From the NCBI GenBank assembly GCA_964016885.1, contig OZ024742.1, forward strand, positions 114,700,001 through 114,764,000: a DNA stretch of 64,000 nucleotides. Reading direction: 5' to 3'. The notes under the pieces were generated by a model. That model had not been told where the DNA came from and ran no database searches. It saw only the letters and a list, made by a program, of their open reading frames with translations. Each line of letters opens with the position of its first letter. Positions within the stretch are counted from its first letter, which is position 1. The stretch is from Eledone cirrhosa. Taxonomy: Eukaryota. The translations under genes and the position numbers were made by a program. Below, piece by piece: positions 60,303-64,000 of the stretch.

Positions 60303-63300
60303 CACAGGTAAGCATTAAGAAAATTATTTTAACCAGGTATTTAAGACCTTGTCATTGGTAAGTGCAACCTTATATTCCTATACTGCAAATAGCAGCCACT
60401 CATTGATAAATGTTGTTCACGTCCAAATTATCAAAATAGTGAGTAAGTTACTCTTAAAATAGTTCTTAATATATGGAGAAAAACATTTTTTGGAAATGTA
60501 TTTACTAGTATAGAGAGAGAGGAAGAGGAATTAGAAAGTGGGCGGTCAAAGGGAATAGTATAGAGAGAGAGGAAGGGGAAGGAGAGTTAGGAAGTAGTGT
60601 GACAAACTGAGACGGAGGGAGGGGTAGAGGTGGAAGGATTCCTTGATTAGTTTTGATACGTAGACTTCATGTCGTCGATTTAGATTGTAGTGAGTGAAAG
60701 AGAATTACATTGTTTTTAGTCGGAGGGATGGAGATAGAGAGAGAGAGGGGGAGATGGGAGAGATATAGTGAGATAAATATATATATAAAAAATAAATATA
60801 AAAATAAAAATAAAGAAGGGGTAGAGAGAAAAATGAAGAGAAAAGATAGCGAAAACGGGGAGTGAAGAAAGGAGGAAACGAAAAGAAATAGAACAGGAAT
60901 GAAGGAGAAGGGAGGGATATAGGTATCGGATTGTGTGAGTAATTAAAGTGGTTAGATACAATAAGAGGGTAGAAAGTCTAAGTATAAGCAGTTTGACAAG
61001 TGGTAGTAAGAGGTTAAGGGTTCGATTTGCACTTGTAGTGCGAAAGGTTTTCTTTGAGTCTATGGTTACAATAAATTGATCTTTCGATTTTATTGTTGAG
61101 TAACTTATTCTTCGAACTCAAAATGTGGAACAGCTCAAGGTCACATAATCGACAGCTTCTCATACCACTCCGATATGGAGGCGCGTTCGATAATTTGTTC
61201 TACTTCAGGGTGTATTGGTGGTGTCTTTCCCTCAGTTGTCAGGTCTTGTTTGCAAGGGTAGTTACATAACTACGAATGGAATTATTCTCAAAGCGGATAA
61301 ACCTCAAATGTGTAAACGATGGATATTAATACATACAATAGATTCATACGGAAAGAACTCCATAGGAAATACAAACAAACTAACGAGGCGGCACTGATAA
61401 ACATCAACAACGAGGCGCACAATATAGTCAAACACCTAGGAATAGACGACAGAACGGAACCACTTAGGCCTGGTACCCCTACATTTAAACTTAAGGACCA
61501 CAAGTTAAATTTTGATTACAATCCCACAATTAGACTTATATGCCCGTCCAAATCGGACATTGGGAAAATTGATAAACATATATTAGACAGAGTAATAGCA
61601 CAAACGAAGAATAAACTAGTGATTAAACTATGGGGTAACGCTACCGAAACAATTCAGTGGTTTAACAATATAGCTAACAAAAAAGTATGTAAGTTTATAC
61701 AACATTAACGACATTAACGACTATTACTCCTCTATATTAGCCAACAGCTTGGATAAAGCCTTAGCATTCGCCAAAGCCAATTCTGACGACGAGATAAACA
61801 TTATATTAGCTGCTAGGAAAACAATAATCAAATTTGAAAACGCCTACTGGGAACGTAAGGATAGATTAAATAACTTTGACATCACGATGGGGGATAACGA
61901 CTCGCCTCAAGTCACATATTTAGTAGGTATTTACATAGCCCATAGTTTACAGAGCGTGTTTAACGATCTTCACGGTGTAATCTACAGAGACGACGCCCTT
62001 CTCCTAGTTAAGAACCTAAATAACCAGAGCATAGAAAGACTCCGTAAGAATATTAGAAAGACTCTCGGAAAACAAGGCCTTAGCATAACGTATGAGTATA
62101 GAACTAAAATAGTTAAATATTTTGACGCGGCGCTTAACCTAAATACGGGACTTATAAGAACTTTTCACAAGATTAATCAAAACTTAGCATACATCAGCTG
62201 TAACTCAAACCACCCACTATCCATAATTAAATCCATTCCACGCAGCATATCCCTTAGGATCTCCCGCCACTCGTCTAACCGACACATCTTCGAGGAACAT
62301 GCAGAATACTACAATACCGCACTAGACAAGGCAGGCCACTTAGATAGAGTAGAATATATAGATGAGAGCCTCCGCAAAGCGCACACGAACACGCATAACA
62401 CAAAGTCCAGAAACACACGCAAACACGCATTTACGCATAGAACTACAAAGTATACGGCAAATAGAAATACAACATCGAAATCAAACAAGTCACGCAGTAG
62501 AAATTATATTTGGTATAACCCCATATTTAACACCTCTATTAGTACTAACCTACCCTCTACCTTCTTTGGAATAATAAATAAGCACTTTTCAGATTCACAT
62601 AGATACAGCAAAATCCTTAACACTAAATCTATTAGACTATCTTACTCCACGGCACCAAATATAGAGGCACACATTAAGATGCTTAACGCTAAAAAGATAC
62701 ATAACAACACCAAAACGCAAATTTACAACAATAACAATACAATCACCACCGAACACAACAGAATATCTAATACACAACCACCCGCTAATAGGCAAACAAA
62801 ACATAACACACTTGTACAGGCATCACAGCCCACCAATAATGCCAACGTTGCCCATGATAAGAATTGTAACTGCCATCTACCTGAAACCTGTCCATTACAT
62901 AATGAATGTATGCAGTCTAACCTGGTTTACCAATGCACAGTAGAATGAGACAACCAGAAATGGTATTACATTGTAGCGACTGGGAATACATTTAAAGACC
63001 GTTGGTATACACACCGCTACGCAATCAAATATTCCCAACATCGTTATGAAACTACCCTTGCAAACAAGACCTGGAAACTGAGGGAAAGTAACCACCAATA
63101 CACTCTGAAGTTGAACAAATTATCAAACGCGCCCCCATATCAGAGTGGTATGAGAAGCTGTCGATTATGTGACCTTGAGCTGTCCACATATTGAGTTCGA
63201 AGAATAAGTTACTCAACAATAAAATCGAAAGATCAATTCATTGTAACCATAGACTCCAAGAAAACTTTTTGCACTACAAGTGCAAATCAAACCCTTAACC

Positions 63301-64000
63301 TCTTACTACCACTTGTCAAACTGCTTATAATTTGACTTTCTACCCTCTTATTGTATCTGACCCCTTTAATTACCCACAAAAACCAATACCTATGTCCCTT
63401 CCTTCTCCTTCATTCCTTTTCTATTTTTTTGCTTTTCTTCCTTTCTTCTCTCCCCGTTTTGGCTATCTTTTTTCTTCTCCCCCCCCTCCTTCTTTAATTT
63501 TAGTTTTATTTTTATTTTTTTATATATATATTTATCCCTCTATATCTCCCCCTCTCCCTCCTTCTCTCTCCCTCCATCCTTCCCACTATAAACCATTTAA
63601 TTCTCTTTAAGTAACTGCAATCTAAATCGACGACATGAAGTCTACGTATCAAAACTGATCAAGGAATCGTTCTACCTCTACCCCTCCCTCCATCTCAGTT
63701 TGTCAGTCTACTTCCTAACTCTTCTCCCACTTATTCTCTGTCTATCCTATTCCGTTTGTCGCCCCACTTTCTAAATCCTCTCCTCTCTATCTATACCAGT
63801 AAATACAATTCCAAAAATATGTTTTTCTCTATTTATTAAGAATTTTTCAAGAGTAACTTACTCACATTTTAGAAAATTTGGAGGTGAACAACATTTATCA
63901 TTGGTGGCTGCTATTTGCAGTATAGCAATATAAGGTAGCACCTACCAATGAAACAGTCGTAAATACCGGGATAAAATGCTTTTCTTAATGTTAACCTGTG
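60303..64000 (+). mobile_element. Penelope-like element 6, 5'-truncated ORF (~61316-63298) with ~1 kb inverted repeats
   Basis: IRLICPSKSDIG, MGDNDSPQV, IYRDDAL, CNCHLPETCPLHNEC, CRLC; 60303-61272 is the reverse complement of 63043-64000. Confidence 0.93.

Noticed and set aside
62946-62948. In-frame TGA in the element 6 GIY-YIG domain as selenocysteine
   Set aside because: Non-conserved loop position in a copy with several other disruptions; no SECIS identified

Overview
This is AT-rich, microsatellite-laden animal genomic DNA, most likely a cephalopod such as Octopus (inferred from the repeat spectrum and SINE sequences, not proven). No intact host gene can be supported. Most recognisable sequence is decayed transposons. 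There are six Penelope-like elements (PLEs) with GIY-YIG/RT similarity and the CxCx5C linker typical of Naiad-type PLEs. Three of these have inverted terminal repeats, including a ~5 kb palindrome, and many minimal hammerhead-ribozyme motifs and fold-back mini-elements accompany them. Two L1/Tx1-clade LINEs flank an R4/Dong LINE, all bordered by (ATT)n tracts. The window also holds RTE, Tx1, CRE and Dong fragments, a degenerate Helitron with a short derivative, and tRNA-derived SINEs. The most notable signals are (i) a conserved 52-nt GT-AG segment whose removal would fuse Tx1 ORF1 to ORF2 in frame in both copies, (ii) apparent (ATT)n targeting by the Tx1 family, and (iii) hammerhead-bearing fold-back PLE termini with reproducible end points. 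All coordinates were read by eye and are approximate unless exact motifs are quoted.
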